Shown: positions 39,401 through 52,828 of the stretch, piece after piece
How positions within the stretch are numbered: position 1 is the first letter of the stretch
Layout: every line of letters begins with the position of its first letter
Assembly (NCBI RefSeq): GCF_964355755.1
Contig: NC_092678.1
Coordinates: 18,183,365 to 18,247,364 of the forward strand
Length of the DNA: 64,000 nt
From: Antedon mediterranea
Lineage: Eukaryota; Animalia; Echinodermata
Direction: 5' to 3'
The notes under the pieces: model-generated
Told to the model about the DNA's origin: nothing
Database searches by the model: none
Seen by the model: only the letters and a program-made list of their open reading frames with translations
Made by a program: the position numbers and the translations under genes

Positions 39401-42400
39401 CAGGATTAACAGTACCATATGCAATTGAGATAGATACAGCTAACGGGTATGTCTCTCTTAACGTACATCTATCTATTTTGTTTTACTCATCCAAAAGAGA
39501 TGAACTGTGTGATCACGGGTGAACTAGTATTCTGTTGTTATTAATGCATCTAAATCTTACATTTAAATTCATTCAAATTTAATAATAAGAATGTTTTTTT
39601 AAAAATGGTTGCCTTTACGTTTAAAACATTCAATGAATTGAATTTCATTCATAATATCTCAGCTTTAGTAGTTTTGTAAGTTTCTATATAATCTGTCCAG
39701 TATAGGCCAATTCTGTAAATACATTGTCACATGTTTCGTATGTATTATATTATGGTTAAAGTTAGAGTAGGCTTATACAGGTGTCATATGTGATACGGAT
39801 ATTACACTGTATTACAGATTATACTTACAGTACTGAGAATCCTACCATTATACCATTATACCATTGTAACATAATTTAAATTAGTAAAATACTGGCCGCA
39901 TTACAGTAATACGTCTGGATGGAACGTACAGAACAACATTCTTATTTGATATATCTAATGGTAATACACAGTAAACCACTTTTCACTTTGCAGAGAGATC
40001 AACTATTCACATTTCCATTCTTATTACAAAACGTAATAATAATAATAATAATGCATTAATACCACTCAATAAAGGAAGTAATAAAGATTTATTAACATTT
40101 CTTTCACATATTCATAAATCATTAATAACTAATCTGCTTCAGTAATTTCGTAGGTTTCCCTATATTTTTTTTTTTATCCATGGCAGGGATGTGAACTACC
40201 TGTAACAGAACGTTAATGTAGTAACATAGATTATACTTATACTTAGATACCTGTACTGGACTGATACAGGATACGACAGGATAGAGCGATCGAAGTTAAA
40301 TGACTTTAGTACAAGGACCGTCTTAGTAACAAACGTACCAGACGCAATCGGACTTGTTTTATCAGTTCCCGGTAAGTTACTGTATGACCATGAATGCATG
40401 TAAGTTATATAATAGTACTACCGTATGTAATATATGTAGACTATTAGTAAGTATTCTAATTCTGATTATTGATGCCTGTACATAAAGTCGCTTACTACAA
40501 ACAACATGATCATTTCGGGCTACGTTGCTTATTTATACCGGCAACATGAGTCACTGTGTAGACTATAGTCAGACCTAGAAAATAAAATTGTACCAACTTT
40601 TGAGCCTGCAGAGCTTAATAAAAAAAAAAACATATTATGCTTTAAGTATCGTGGCTGATATTCAAGCTATGTCTATTGTCATACAAGATAACTTTATTGT
40701 CAACAAATTTATAATTTGAAATTCTTCCTCAATGCAAAAAACAGCATAAACACATCTTAGAATAAGTTTAAAAAGTTATATAAAAATATACAGTATGTAG
40801 TGTAAAAAATGAATATAAAACAACAGATATATAAAAAAGACTATAAAATACAGATATAAAACGTAAAACTGCAAAATTAAGAAAATATTGTCATCCACGT
40901 ACCTATATTAGGCATGGATGTGGTTGATAAGTGCTATGGATGTTACAAAATATATTCTTTATAAGTGAAGCTATTGGTACCAACTAATCCCTTCTAAGTA
41001 CATTTTAACATAATTTGACTTGTTAGAACTTATAATATAATAAGGATAAGCACACATATGAAATTATATTATTAACAGTTTTCAATTGAATTCATACTCC
41101 TATTCTTATTGTGTTCAAAGATGTAGTATGATGCATGTAGGCCTACTGACGAAATTGAGGAACATAACACTGTGAACGCTCCATATATTTTCAATTCTTG
41201 CGCATACGTGACAGGTGCTGGCTCAGCATTGTAATGCTCGTGCATGATACTACAAAATCATGTCAAATGTACTTTGACATTCAATGTACTGCATGTAGTA
41301 TAGTCCGCGTCTGATACTTTACTTCCTGACATTAGCGACTTTGCGTTCACACGACGCGCCACGCGTCTTTCGAGTAAAAGGACAATCCTGCGCACGTTCA
41401 GAAACACATGAGCATGCGCAAAATGACATTTTTACTCGTTAGACACAAAATATGTTGCTCAGACCCCATAATCAAAGCTATGCTTACAGTTGAGTACACT
41501 CTCCTCTTTCTCATTCAGTTATAACATTTTTTTACGTTGTACATTGTCATTTATTTCTTGAGAACTTTTTTTCAGTTGTACTAAATGTATGATAATCCAT
41601 TTTTGCTCGCCTACTAAAAGATCACGTGCTTAAAATTATCGTTTTGTTAAAACTCAATAGGCGTATTTAAGTACAGTATTCAATCGTATATGTCTCGCTC
41701 TCTCATTTTTGTTTTTCACTATTTTCAAGATGAAAAGATGTATTGGAGTGATTTAAACAGTAAGGTTATTGAGGAAGCTAACCTTAATGGAACTAACATA
41801 AGAACGATTATAACTGGGCTGAATCTCCCGTTTCGGATAGATATTTATGGAAACTATCTTTACTGGACAGACATGGACGGTGGTATATATCGAAGTGATA
41901 GAACAACTGGAGTATCATCAAAGGAAAGTAACGATAGTCGACTTAATAGACCAAGAGGATTATATATTTTTAAAAGTAAATATTCTATTTTAATATTCAA
42001 ATGAAATTGCTAACTCAAGAGGCAAATGGCACACGTTTCATTAGCGTTGCTTTATATTTCTATTTCAGTATACAGTGGGACAGCCAGTCGACAAATCGTG
42101 TCAAATTTCGACTCGGAGAGGGCGCCTACTTTTCTAATTTAGTTCAAAATTGCTAAATTTTAGGGTGTTGGAAAAACACAATATTTGTAAATTTAGCTGA
42201 TTATCGGAAAAATATTGTTAGTGAAATAAATTCATAAATGGTTTTAATATATTGTCATGTAAAATTAAATGTATTTGAACCAAACGATAATCTGTAATTT
42301 AACGGCAAAATCAACCAATGTCTTTTTTTCGAAAATGTACCCTAGAAAATCATTAAAATAAAATATTTAGATAAATTGAACAGTCCTGAATTTAAAATCC

Positions 42401-45400
42401 CTGTTAGAAAAATTAATAATCTACAGAATACGATATTAAGATACAAAATTCGGTGGTTGGGATGCAGCTCCGACTATTCAAAATAAAGGTACCACTATTT
42501 GTTCCATCGAAAACTAGCGAAACCGCCATTTTGTAAACACATCGTCATCGTGTATACTTTCAGCTCCCATCATCATCATGGATGCGGGAGCAACCGTAGA
42601 AGATTCGACAACCTACTATGGAATTGGAGATGAAGTGAAGACGGACCTCTTGGTAAGCACTACTGGGTCAGGAACAGGCTTGAAAGTCACCCTTACAGCT
42701 GAGAATATGGAGGTAATTAACTAAAAAGGAACACATGTATATATAGTGTTATAACTGATCATACCATTAATGTATATATCAAATGTCTATATATAATCTT
42801 TATTTTCTTTATTTTTGGTTATTCTCAATTTAAGTCGACGGCTATTGGGTGATTATTTGGCCGTAATGTTTTCTAGTTCGTTGTTTTTTGGTGGTACTGT
42901 ATTCTTGCAATACTTGCATACAACATCGGAAATAACGATTATTAGTGTTTCAAAATTTGCACAGTTGTTGACCTGTGCCTCGATGATTTTCAGTTGAGAT
43001 TGCATATGAATGGTATAATGAGTTATGTAATAAGTAGAATAGGAAACTCCGCAGTCGCATAATGGGTGAAATTCGTGTACGTCACATGTGTACGTGTGGT
43101 AGCGAGACGGTATATCCGCGCGTGATTGAGTCGGATTTTCTATGCGCTTTGTATGGATTGCAATTACACGTTAACTATACCTTTGAGATTTTTAAATTAA
43201 AATTAACAATTACAATTGTTCAAAATATATTTCTATATCATATTTCATCAGTGAAGTTCTGAGTTCTTCAAAAAAGAGTTTAAATAAAACGACAAAGAAC
43301 AAACAAAAAATGCTGGCCAGATTTAAAAAAAATTACCTTAAGCCTACTGCGAACAATGGATCACATGTCTGTCCTACTAACGGACGCAAAATGAATTTGG
43401 CCAAATGAAACAACATAATTATATCCGTTAAACGTGTGTCGACATGGATAAATATACGTACACGTTAGTTTATCCAAGAAATAACACACGCGGAACATGT
43501 ATATATAGTACTAAATACCGGTTGGGTGTAATTATTACCCGATTCTCAGTGCTGTATCTTTGAGATATAGTTTCCAAGTATCAGAGGAATATTTGGTTAT
43601 GATATGATACCAGGAGAAACATGTGAAACACATATTATGTTGTATTACCAAATAGTCCTATGATACTGGACAAATAAAGACACATCACCGATAAGGGTGG
43701 TAATTATAGTAACATCTTTTTTCAGTTCGACCTGTCTTCAGATCCTTTTATATGGACTTTAACAGGAAACGGAAATACCAACTCAACCACGACGGTATGA
43801 TTTTGATTTGTATTTTTTCAAAATACTGGTTAACGGGGTATTGTTGTCGTCATAATCAATAGTGTGACGTGTGATTTTAGCAGTGAAATCATTAAATATA
43901 ACTTAATGTAATGGTATGTCAAACAATAGATATAGTCTTTTCTCTTTAATATAATTGTTGGTTGGGTGTGCGGGAAAAATAAAGTAGAAGATCCGACTTT
44001 GCCGACTTTAATCTCAGAGATTCTATTTACATTACTGCTTAAGATATTTACCTATTGCTGGGTTTCTTCTTCATTTGACCGATGTACTGTGTTTTTGTTT
44101 TTAAGTCAGACTTGCTGTGAGATGTTGTTACGGATTCATTGTATTTTTCAGAGTAACTTAACGGTCACCCTGGTCTCCGCATCAGAAATTACTTTGTCTT
44201 TTAGTAATAACAGTTTATTTTCATCGGACATTCAATTTGAAGGGACCATCAATTCCACTGTTAATGGTATTTTAACCGAATCTTTTGTTTGTTTTTTTTA
44301 GTCAAAATAATAATTTACACTGTAAGCTGTTGAACCCAAATGAGTTTTAGCACATCCTTGTTCCTATAAAACTGATGTCGTTAGCGTATAAGATCAGATT
44401 TATTATCATTAATTGATAATCTATTGTAAAAGTTGTTTTTAATGAATTAATGTGCAGACCCCAACTAACCATACAACATTATAACAGCTCCTATAGATCC
44501 CTCCGGTAACCGAATACATTGCTTTTTTTGTACAAAATCGTAATTACGTCAGCAAGTGCTAACAAAAACTATGCTTTCGTAGTTTAAGGCATGTATTTGA
44601 CAAGAAATATAACACCAATACGTCTTTGAAGTGAACATTATAGTTTTAATGTCTTTCTAATTTGCATTATTTTAGATATACAATAATAATCGTTATTTAT
44701 TGTTGTTACATCAATTTCTATGTAGCCGATGTAAAACCTGGAACTATTTTACGTGTAACTATAACTGCTGAATTAACTGACATATTCAATGGCTTAGTCA
44801 CCGCAGAAGGAGTGTCAAATGCAGTTTTTAGTAAACTACCGCAATTCATGATGAACATTACCGAGCAGTCTGCAGATGGTAATGTTTATGTTAACGTTGG
44901 TCAAAAGGTGCATATGAACCTTATTGTTGAGTTTCCAAAAGGTACCGCTGATCCTACAATTGAAGTCACACTACCATACAACTTTACGAATAACAAGACA
45001 AGCGAGCAATGGAGTATCAACAAAGTGTCCGTTTCGTATGTCAGTGACTCCTTATCTTGTACGTATTCGACAGAGTTCTGCTACTACGCTCCTCAGACGC
45101 AGTACATTGCTAACGATGATGATTTCGGCATCCTTAAAGACTGGTCAGTGACAAAATTCGACGGATTTATTGAAGTGAACGACCCAGATGCTTCCAATAA
45201 CATATTGGCGTTAGAGGTTGAAATTGTCCTAGACGACACAGACGCGGTGGTCAATGGATCTGAGCACTGGTTAGGACTTGGAATGCAGATTGGTGACGGA
45301 GCTCACATCTGGGTTGGAGAAGTACCAGTTTATACGCTGATTAATGAAGTCCCGAAGCCTAAGATGTCGTTCAAGATAACATACGAAACTAATTCCTTTT

Positions 45401-48400
45401 ATAAAGGGTAAGTTTGGTATCGGATACAAGCAATGTAAGAGAAATAGTTCTTATTATTCTAGAATTGTAGGAATGAAAAAGGATAAATTAGAATGGTTCA
45501 AGTTGACACTAGCGAACACTATCAGAAATTGGCAAACAATTGCATTCGTCGTATTTGATCGTTGGCAAACATTGTTCATGTTTGACAATTTTTAAGTGTA
45601 ACAAATTTGTACATAAGCATTTGACATTTGGGCTGCGGCATTTGACATTTGGGTTGCGGCATTTGACATTTGGGCTGCGGCATTTGACATTTGGGCTGCG
45701 GCATTTGACATTTGGGTTGCGGCATTTGACATTTGGGTTGCGGCATTTGACATTTGGGTTGCGGCATTTGACATTTGGGCTGCGGCATTTGACATTTGGG
45801 TTGCGGCATTTGACATTTGGGTTGCGGCATTTGACATTTGGGCTGCGGCATTTGACATTTGGGTTGCGGCATTTGACATTTGGGTTGCGGCATTTGACAT
45901 TTGGGCTGCGGCATTTGACATTTGGGTTGCGGCATTTGACATTTGGGCTGCGGCATTTGACATTTGGGTTGCGGCATTTGATATTTGGGTTGCGGCATTT
46001 GACATTTGGGTTGCGGCATTTGACATTTGGGCTGCGGCATTTGACATTTGGGTTGCGGCATTTGACATTTGGGCTGCGGCATTTGACATTTGGGCTGCGG
46101 CATTTGACATTTGGGTTGCGGCATTTGGCATTTGACTTTTTGAAAAAATCAGATAACGGTATGATGAATATATAATGAGGCAGATTAATACTTTCAAGAG
46201 AAAAGCCTTTTTACAAATTACCTAATCTAAATTGGTTATAACTTATTTCAACTAAAGTTACTAAATGTTTTTGTAACTTTTGATCAAAAATCAAACAAAA
46301 TAACTGCAAAAGTGCCCGGTTTTCGAAGTATTTCCCGCCATTTTAAGTACCAATAATTTGGAAAAAGGCTTTATCTGCAATTTGACCCCCAAAATAAAAA
46401 AGTAATAATTGAATATTATGTCAGATATTTTTCAATAATGTACTTTTAAAATATATTCATTTGAAAATAAAATACTACATAAACGTTTTGGTCAATTACT
46501 CAAAAGTAGCTTTTTGTAGATAAGCCCTTTTTTCAAAGCACGGCAGAAATGTTCACATAATCACTCTTGTCATCCTATAAGTATTGGGATATAGTGATTG
46601 TGGTACCACTCTAATTTGATTTCGATAATAGTATTTGTTGGTTGTTATTTTCAGTGATGATGTAGTAATACTGATTAGTATTTGGCACGATGACGATTCA
46701 ACGGGAAAAGCAGTAGATGTAACTTTCACAATATTGAAGTCAAAAAATGTGCAATATATTAAACTTGAATCAGAATACACAGAGCTGTTGCAGTCACCAG
46801 CGGTAAACCCTAGCATGCCTGGACCATCTCCTGTTCGATTTAATGTAAGTTATTCTACAATCAAATATATTCAATTATGTGTAGGGCCCACGGTCAGCTT
46901 GGTTAATAAGGTTTGGAATAGTAATTTTAAGTATGTTAGGTGTTTACCTACAGCGCTGATACATTTTGAAAGATTAGGAAACGGGTGGATGGCCAGTGTA
47001 GTACCCTCAGTAACATGTTCAGAAACATTCATATACTTATTAATGAAGTGTAACGTATGTCTGCATCAGGATAACAAATTCCATCTTGGCTGGGTTCGAG
47101 TTCTTCAGTCTTTAGATTTGTTATTAAAGGTTTAAAATTATTACAGCCTTTATTTCGCTGGGTGGTGTGTTTAACTTTCTCTGTTTTAATAGCTTATAAT
47201 ATAAATCGACAGGGGTTTTTTAAATGAAATCAAAGACAAGCGTAGTCACATTTCTCATGTATTTCACAGCTTGGAACCATTCAGATTGCCGCAAAACCAA
47301 CTTTCCGTGTACGCCTAGGAATCGACAAAAACGGAAATACTGCTCCGGGCACTCGTCGCTTTGTTAGCGTGGCTGATTTGTTGTGGTTCTCGACTGTTAA
47401 TATCGCTAAAGTTCTTTCTTGCACAAAATCTTTTCAATTTATGTATTCGGACAGACCAGATGTTGGTGGTGGTGGTAAGTGTACGATAGCGTGTCAGTAT
47501 AACCTGAAAGAGTTATACATTGTCTGCATATATTCTAACCATGTTTAAATGAATATTAGGCGCATCTCACCAGGTTGGAGGATTGCATGTGCCGTATTGT
47601 AACTGCTGTTTTTAAACATAAGGCACCTACAAAATTTACAATGTTTCTTTCACAACATTAAGCCATTCTTATCAAATCTGAATTATGTTTATTATGATTG
47701 TAATATCGGTAAAGTATCGACAATTTGTCCTGTAACATAGAGAAGTTGTAGATACAGTATCACATGTGTATCATAACGATGACTTCCTCGACCAAACCAA
47801 CTTTCGTTAATATAAGTTTACATGTGATCGATATATTACGTTGTAATTAAGAGTGTGTCTATGATTCTTACAAACATGATTCGGCTGACTGTAATTACTC
47901 TATAACTCTTACACTGTACTTCTAGATTTATGTCGGTCTGGTTACACACCTTACAAAGAAACGTGTTACAAAGTGTTCAACGACACGCTAGAAACTTGGT
48001 ATGCAGCAAAGGCGGCCTGTGAAGCAGACAATGCGCAATTAGTCATGATTGAAAATACGTTTGAACAGCAATTTCTTCGTGACCTCGTTCCAGCACTCTC
48101 GCCATACAAATACTGGATTGGGCTGAAAGACGTTGGGGTGAGTATGGCTATTAGACCCCGTGTCTCTCATAATCGCCGTAATGAACTGACCATGCTAACT
48201 ACACGAGAAGGGGGACGTAACTTTGACAGGGAAAGTCTATGATTAATCACATGACATGCCGTTTATTATACTCCTTATGACTTCAATTATAACAATGTAT
48301 TTGTTCTAGGGTACTGATACTTTCAAGTGGACAAACGGGTCATCGGCGTCTTTTACAAAATGGCTACCAAACAGACCCGGAACAAGTGTGACTGAAGACT

Positions 48401-50593
48401 GCGGAGCTGCGGCTTTTGTAGATGTCTACGATACAAGGGATGTCAATACTGATCTTGGTGACTGGGACATAATGGACTGCACCGCTATCCTACCAGCTAT
48501 CTGCGAGTATCATATGTTAGATTTTGAACACGGTACGCTAAGTCCATGGTTCTTACGTACTGCAGAAGACCGTTTTTCTGCAGCCAAACATTAATCGATA
48601 AACCTTAACCGATAATCTTAACCGATAATTAACCGATAAAGTTCATGTGGAAACGGGGTTTAACTGATTCCGCTCCAGAAAATTTAACCGATAATTATCT
48701 CATTCATATCGGATAATTATCGGATAAATGCAATAATGTTTTAAACTTTGACCTAAGGACAAATTGTTGCGTTGTGATTGGGCACTTGGTTTTTCGATAA
48801 TAACTACATATTCTATCATAGACTTGATCGCCATGGAAAACCACTAAATGACCTCTGCAATTTTGTAATAAAGAAACGCACAAATTGTCTATTAGAAAGA
48901 GGGTTTCAACAAAATAAGTAAGGTTGTCCATTGTTTTAGTACGGTTTTTTCTTTCTTCAGAAACTTCAGTAGTAAGGTATGCAAAAGAAGCTGTGATGAG
49001 GTACAGCAAATGGACCGAATCTCAGACAGACGTCTGCCATTATGACGGGGGATCTAGCCAGTGCGATGGTTGCGTGGCTGGTGCTCATAAGTGTGAAAAC
49101 GGAAAACATACTGTGTGTGTCAGTGATCCTAGTAAATGCCCAGTTCCAGGTAAGTTTGGAAAAAATAATTCTCTATAGTATAGCTAATATTACACAAGAA
49201 GTTCCGTCGTATCATTAGAAAAACCCTAAAAGCTTAAATATATATAATACTGAAATAATATATATATATTATATAAAACATATCTAAGTTAGTCTAAACA
49301 AATATCCCCGAGCACGACCGTTCCTACTTAACATGGTTTTATCCGTGTGACTTTTAGGAATTTTCCAAAAAATCAACACTTAAGATATTTTTCACTTAAT
49401 ACAATTTATCGATTTTTTTGTATCATTTCGACAGATTATTATGACCGGGGTTTTGTCATAACTAAGAAGTTGGACGATCCGGATAACGACGTCATTTTTG
49501 CTTGTAACCCTTCAGTTGGACGTCTATCAGACAAGGTTGTTCCGTCCTGCTATGTACAAGATAATCCACCAGATGGACGCTGGAAAGGTAAAACAATGAG
49601 GATTGTTTTCGTAATGTCCCTCAAAAAATAGCACTGACCTGAGGCTGGCTGATAATCAAAACCATCCATACTTAGAGCCTAACTACCACGGGTCATCATA
49701 CATCGATGTGGACAGCAAGAGGAATCTCTAAATTGATAAATCGAAAAGTAATAGGCTTAACACTGACACTTTCTCCCGGAGATTTTTGGATTTGCAGACA
49801 ACTATCAACGAATGGTTAGGCATAGTGCCTACATTTCTTTTGTCAATACATCCTTCCTTGAATGCTTAGCCCACAACAACAATGACTTTCTTTTTTTCTC
49901 ACTTTTTTCGATTTAAAAAAAAGTCACATAAACAGAACATTGCATATATTAATATTTTTCTTATGTCAAAATGAAAAATATATCTCTACACTATTATCAT
50001 TATAATAATGTATAAAAATGTAAATATTCTCCTATAGCTCTACCAATGAACCTACACAATGTCATTGGATCTAACCAGCTCACAGGACTTATCTATGGCA
50101 TTCACATGGACATGCGCAGTTACATGCGCAGTAAAGATCACGGTGCAACGTGGGTGTTTATCAGTAAAGACGCCTGGGACTCTTTGACAACAAGTTTGCC
50201 GGACTTCAAGACGGCTGGAACTAGTGAGGGCACCTGGCTGTGTGAGTTTATATCATTATTTAGCTCCCACTAAGGTCTCACTGTCATGTACGTCCAATGC
50301 GAGTAATTTGACGCCTCATTTGAACTGTCGCTTGTGATTGGTCAAACTTGAGTTACCTGTCTTTGCTTCAGTGTTTGAAAACTGAAATAATCTTAAATGT
50401 TAAAAATAGGCTGACCATTGAATAGAACGAAATAACCAGTTCTACTTCTTACGACATCAACTAATCAACTGGCATTGCTGGCAAGAATATACTTATACCT
50501 GTGCTCATTTAACATATTTTTATCTTTTCAACAGATGATGACAGTGGCCTGAAGTATAATGGAGTTTTGAAAATGAAAAAAGACTGCTGCTAA
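33500..50593 (+). CDS. Secreted mosaic protein: signal peptide, six-blade YWTD (LDLR class B) propeller, beta-rich region, C-type lectin-like domain, Cys-rich segment, Asp-box C-terminal region ending in CC
   Basis: 17 phase-consistent exons: 33500-33557, 35869-36120, 39284-39446, 40247-40371, 41730-41975, 42564-42712, 43726-43794, 44152-44266, 44726-45407, 46655-46844, 47270-47474, 47926-48137, 48310-48532, 48961-49149, 49435-49587, 50038-50241, 50535-50593 (TAA). Motifs LYWSD/LYWTD/YLYWTD/MYWSD/YLYWTD; CTLD with CYKVF..W..A...C...LV.I...EQ.F and YWIGL; RSKDHGATW. No transmembrane segment seen. Confidence 0.85.
35275..35663. mobile_element. PIF/Harbinger-like MITE, TTA TSD
   Basis: Long TIR beginning AGGCCCATTTACACTAGGACGATAA at both ends; element is largely palindromic. 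Confidence 0.8.
36835..37015 (+). mobile_element. Possible Helentron-associated short element
   Basis: Ends in the hairpin AGTCGCGTCCACGCGACT followed by AAAAA; a related AGTCGCGTG lies near its start. Confidence 0.35.
42073..42552. mobile_element. Truncated copy (left 480 bp) of the 14261-16382 transposon, flanked by TATA/TATA
   Basis: Near-identical to 14261-14741; ends 11 nt upstream of the exon starting at 42564. Confidence 0.85.
45618..46135. repeat. Highly homogeneous 21-bp minisatellite (GCGGCATTTGACATTTGGG[C/T]T), about 24 copies
   Basis: Direct reading; units differ almost only at one C/T position. Confidence 0.95.
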
Positions 50594-51242
50594 ATCATGA
50601 CATTTCAGCGGCCCGATTCTAAGTCATATTCAACTTTCGCAAATATTATGTAATTAGGCCTATAGATTTCCGTCCTATTGTAGTTTTTAAATTCAATCGA
50701 AAATGTAACGAAATTTATATAGAAAATATTCACACTTAATTGTTTAATTGTAAAATGTTTGCATTGGGTATCAAAAAGTATTGCTATAAATTATTTAAAA
50801 TTCAATTTTGTTTTCACATAAGTAAATCATTTTTGATTGTTTTTAAATATGTTGAATGTTTCCACCTAGTGTAGTACTATTAATGGCGATTCGACCTAAT
50901 AATAATAAAAACATGACGTTTCATACATATATTTGTTGTCACGCATGACGTTTCATACATATATAAAATCTTGTTACAAAATGCAGGGCCACATAATAAG
51001 AATTATATCAATTAAGAATATTTATATTATTTGTACATAGATTTTGTACATACTTAATATTTATTATTATTGTAATAATTACAGTACAGCTATTGTTATT
51101 TATCTTACGTATAATGACATTTAATAATTCGTATGGTTAAATCCTAAAAATGTATTTAAAATTGTAATTGCATAATTGTTTTTACTAATTATAATTTGCT
51201 TAATATTATAATTATATCATTTGAATGAAATATGGTTATCAG

Positions 51243-52300
51243 TAAACACTTTTATTCTAAAAACCAAGATAATCTACACGTTCCTACATAGTTAAAGTCA
51301 CTTATTACGCATGCACGTATCAAACTGTAATATGTATCTGCATTAGACTGTATCCTTGACGTACAAACACCATTGTTAGTTATCGTGTACGTTGGTATAT
51401 GCATGCCAATGGCTTAAATTTTATTTCACGTTTTGTCTTATGATGTTCGGTAAGAATTTGGACAATCCAGCGTATGGTTGAATTGAGTGAATACTTTAGC
51501 CCTACGTAAAGTAGATATAAAGCCTATCTAATATGTTTGATCGAGTACAGGTCAAACTCGGTGCTTTCTGAGTTGGACGAGGGCTAAACTAAGCCTGCAA
51601 TAGTGCAACTTGCCTGTTATCGAGAAACGTCAGCAACACTATATGGGCTTTGTGCATTATGCGGATTAAACTACAGGCTTATTAAAGTGCACAGCCTATA
51701 TTTTAGTAACGTCCCTACAGTAGTTCATATTATTAGAAACATATTGAGGGCGTGCTACGGTCTATAGGTCATCTTCTAAATCATCAAATTTGAGTTCACG
51801 AAAACATAAAAAGTTACCGTGTTTAAATAAGTTTCTTATTATTGCTAATTGTTAAATGGTGTAGTGAATTGAAGGAGATGATCATTGATTACGCGCTGTA
51901 TCTAGGTAACTTAAATTGTTTATTTCAACTGTATCTTAGTTACAATGTAAACGTAATTTCACGCTTAAATAAAGTTGTCGTAAAAACAGTCATTGTAGGC
52001 GTATTTTCCTATTGTGTACATACATAATACACATACATGCACCAGGTTTCCAATACGACGCGACACAGACTTGCCCCAAGTCTGTATTAATTTTTTTTTT
52101 AATTTATTTTTTTTTATTTCGACCGCCATATTTATCTTTTTACTAATATTAAGACAAAACTCCGTCTGGAACCCAGACTAGACGCGACACAAAGACATAA
52201 GTAATTTGACCAATGACGACGCGTGGATTTGATACCATCTCATGGCCACTGATCCGGACGTCGAAATATCGAGTAACAAAACAACGTGGAGGCGTAATAA
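51243..52300 (+). repeat. Diverged third copy of the 25.9-27.0 / 27.8-28.9 kb block, interrupted by other sequence
   Basis: ACACTTTTATTCTAAA, TTCCTACATAGTTAAAGTCAC, GTACAAACACCATTGTT, GTAGTGAATTGAA.GAGATGATCATTGATTACGC, GGTAACTTAAATTGTTTATTT and TTTGACCAATGACGA occur in the same order. Confidence 0.8.
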
Positions 52301-52425
52301 CGAAGATAAAAAGCTACTGAATGCACGGATGGCGCATCATACGTTCAAGCGCCCTCATTTTGCAACACGTGTTTTTTTGCACTAGCCTACATTACGTCTC
52401 AACTCAATGCACATTTTGTAGGTAA
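52190..52425 (+). promoter_or_regulatory. Possible NOL8 promoter and non-coding first exon
   Basis: CCAAT plus TGACG near 52210, CpG-rich; candidate donor AG|GTAATC at 52421/52422. The ATG exon begins at an acceptor (54898), so an upstream exon is expected. Confidence 0.35.
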
Positions 52426-52828
52426 TCTATTTTATTAGTCAAGTAATCAACTGTTTAATAAAGTTTAATAGGACTAAAGATTCTGCCTAACTAAGCGCTA
52501 TAATTTAATTATACCTCTAGGCTTAGGGCCTAGGCCTAGCTAGGCTAGGCCAGTAGTAGTAGGCCTACTAGGTAGCCTACCACACACACCAGACCGAGCA
52601 GCCAGAGCAGAGAGGGCTAGGCCTAGTTAGCTTGGGCTAGGCCTAGAGCCCTACTACTAGTAGGCGCACCATGGAGGGCATATATGCCTAGGTAATATAT
52701 AGTAGGCCTCTATCTATGGCCTAGCTATTATAGTATTATAATAGCACTCCGCTAGGTCTATCTAGGCTAGTTAGAGGCCTATCTATAATTATATGGTAGG
52801 CTAGGTTATGCCAGCAGGGGAGTTAGTC

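Noticed and set aside
45540-46197. Long repetitive ORFs (HLTFGLR)n, (MPQPKCQ)n, (QMSNAAT)n
   Set aside because: Products of a 21-bp minisatellite inside an intron; the flanking exons join in phase without it.
50582-50593. Rab-type CC prenylation signal
   Set aside because: The protein has a signal peptide and extracellular domains; disulfide bonding is more plausible.
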